DNA of 22,177 nucleotides from Xylographa opegraphella (lineage: Eukaryota): the NCBI GenBank assembly GCA_022813865.1, contig JALDZX010000053.1, positions 124,001 to 146,177 on the forward strand, given 5' to 3'. Made by a program: the position numbers and the translations under genes. This document shows, one piece after another, positions 22,167 through 22,177 of this stretch. Each line of letters opens with the position of its first letter. Positions within the stretch are counted from its first letter, which is position 1. The notes under the pieces were generated by a model. It searched no databases. It was not told the origin of the DNA and worked only from the letters and a program-made list of their open reading frames with translations.

Positions 22167-22177
22167 CGAAACCCTAC

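Noticed and set aside
22100..22177. Telomere-like TAACCC/GGGTTA hexamers
   Set aside because: Isolated single copies in opposite orientation, not a tandem telomeric array.

Overview
This is eukaryotic DNA from a filamentous ascomycete (Pezizomycotina-type), judged from short GT-AG introns with CTRAC/CTAAC branch sites and fungal-specific gene families; I cannot narrow the taxon further. From left to right: a DUF1752/AreA-N-like protein running off the left edge; a short-chain dehydrogenase of the D-arabinitol 2-dehydrogenase type; a Zn(II)2Cys6 transcription factor divergent from a pepsin-family (PEP4-like) protease with two frameshifts; a conserved secreted/single-TM protein; the RES-complex splicing factor IST3/SNU17; and a Cys-rich, Ser/Thr-rich single-TM surface protein. 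The right end looks like an accessory island. It holds an intronless bacterial-type M4 (protealysin-like) metalloprotease with unusual active-site substitutions, in tandem with a permuted-papain (PPPDE/LRAT-like) Cys peptidase; the two share an identical 13-14 bp element just after their stop codons. Beyond them are degenerate tandem repeats, a broken double C4 zinc-finger gene typical of transposons, and a degraded reading frame resembling the N-terminus of DUF3435 (Starship captain-related) recombinases, with a repeat-rich segment upstream of it. The best candidate for an undescribed system is the M4 + permuted-papain peptidase pair as possible cargo of a decayed mobile element. That is inference and needs homology and synteny tests. 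All gene models were spliced and translated by hand; no searches were run.
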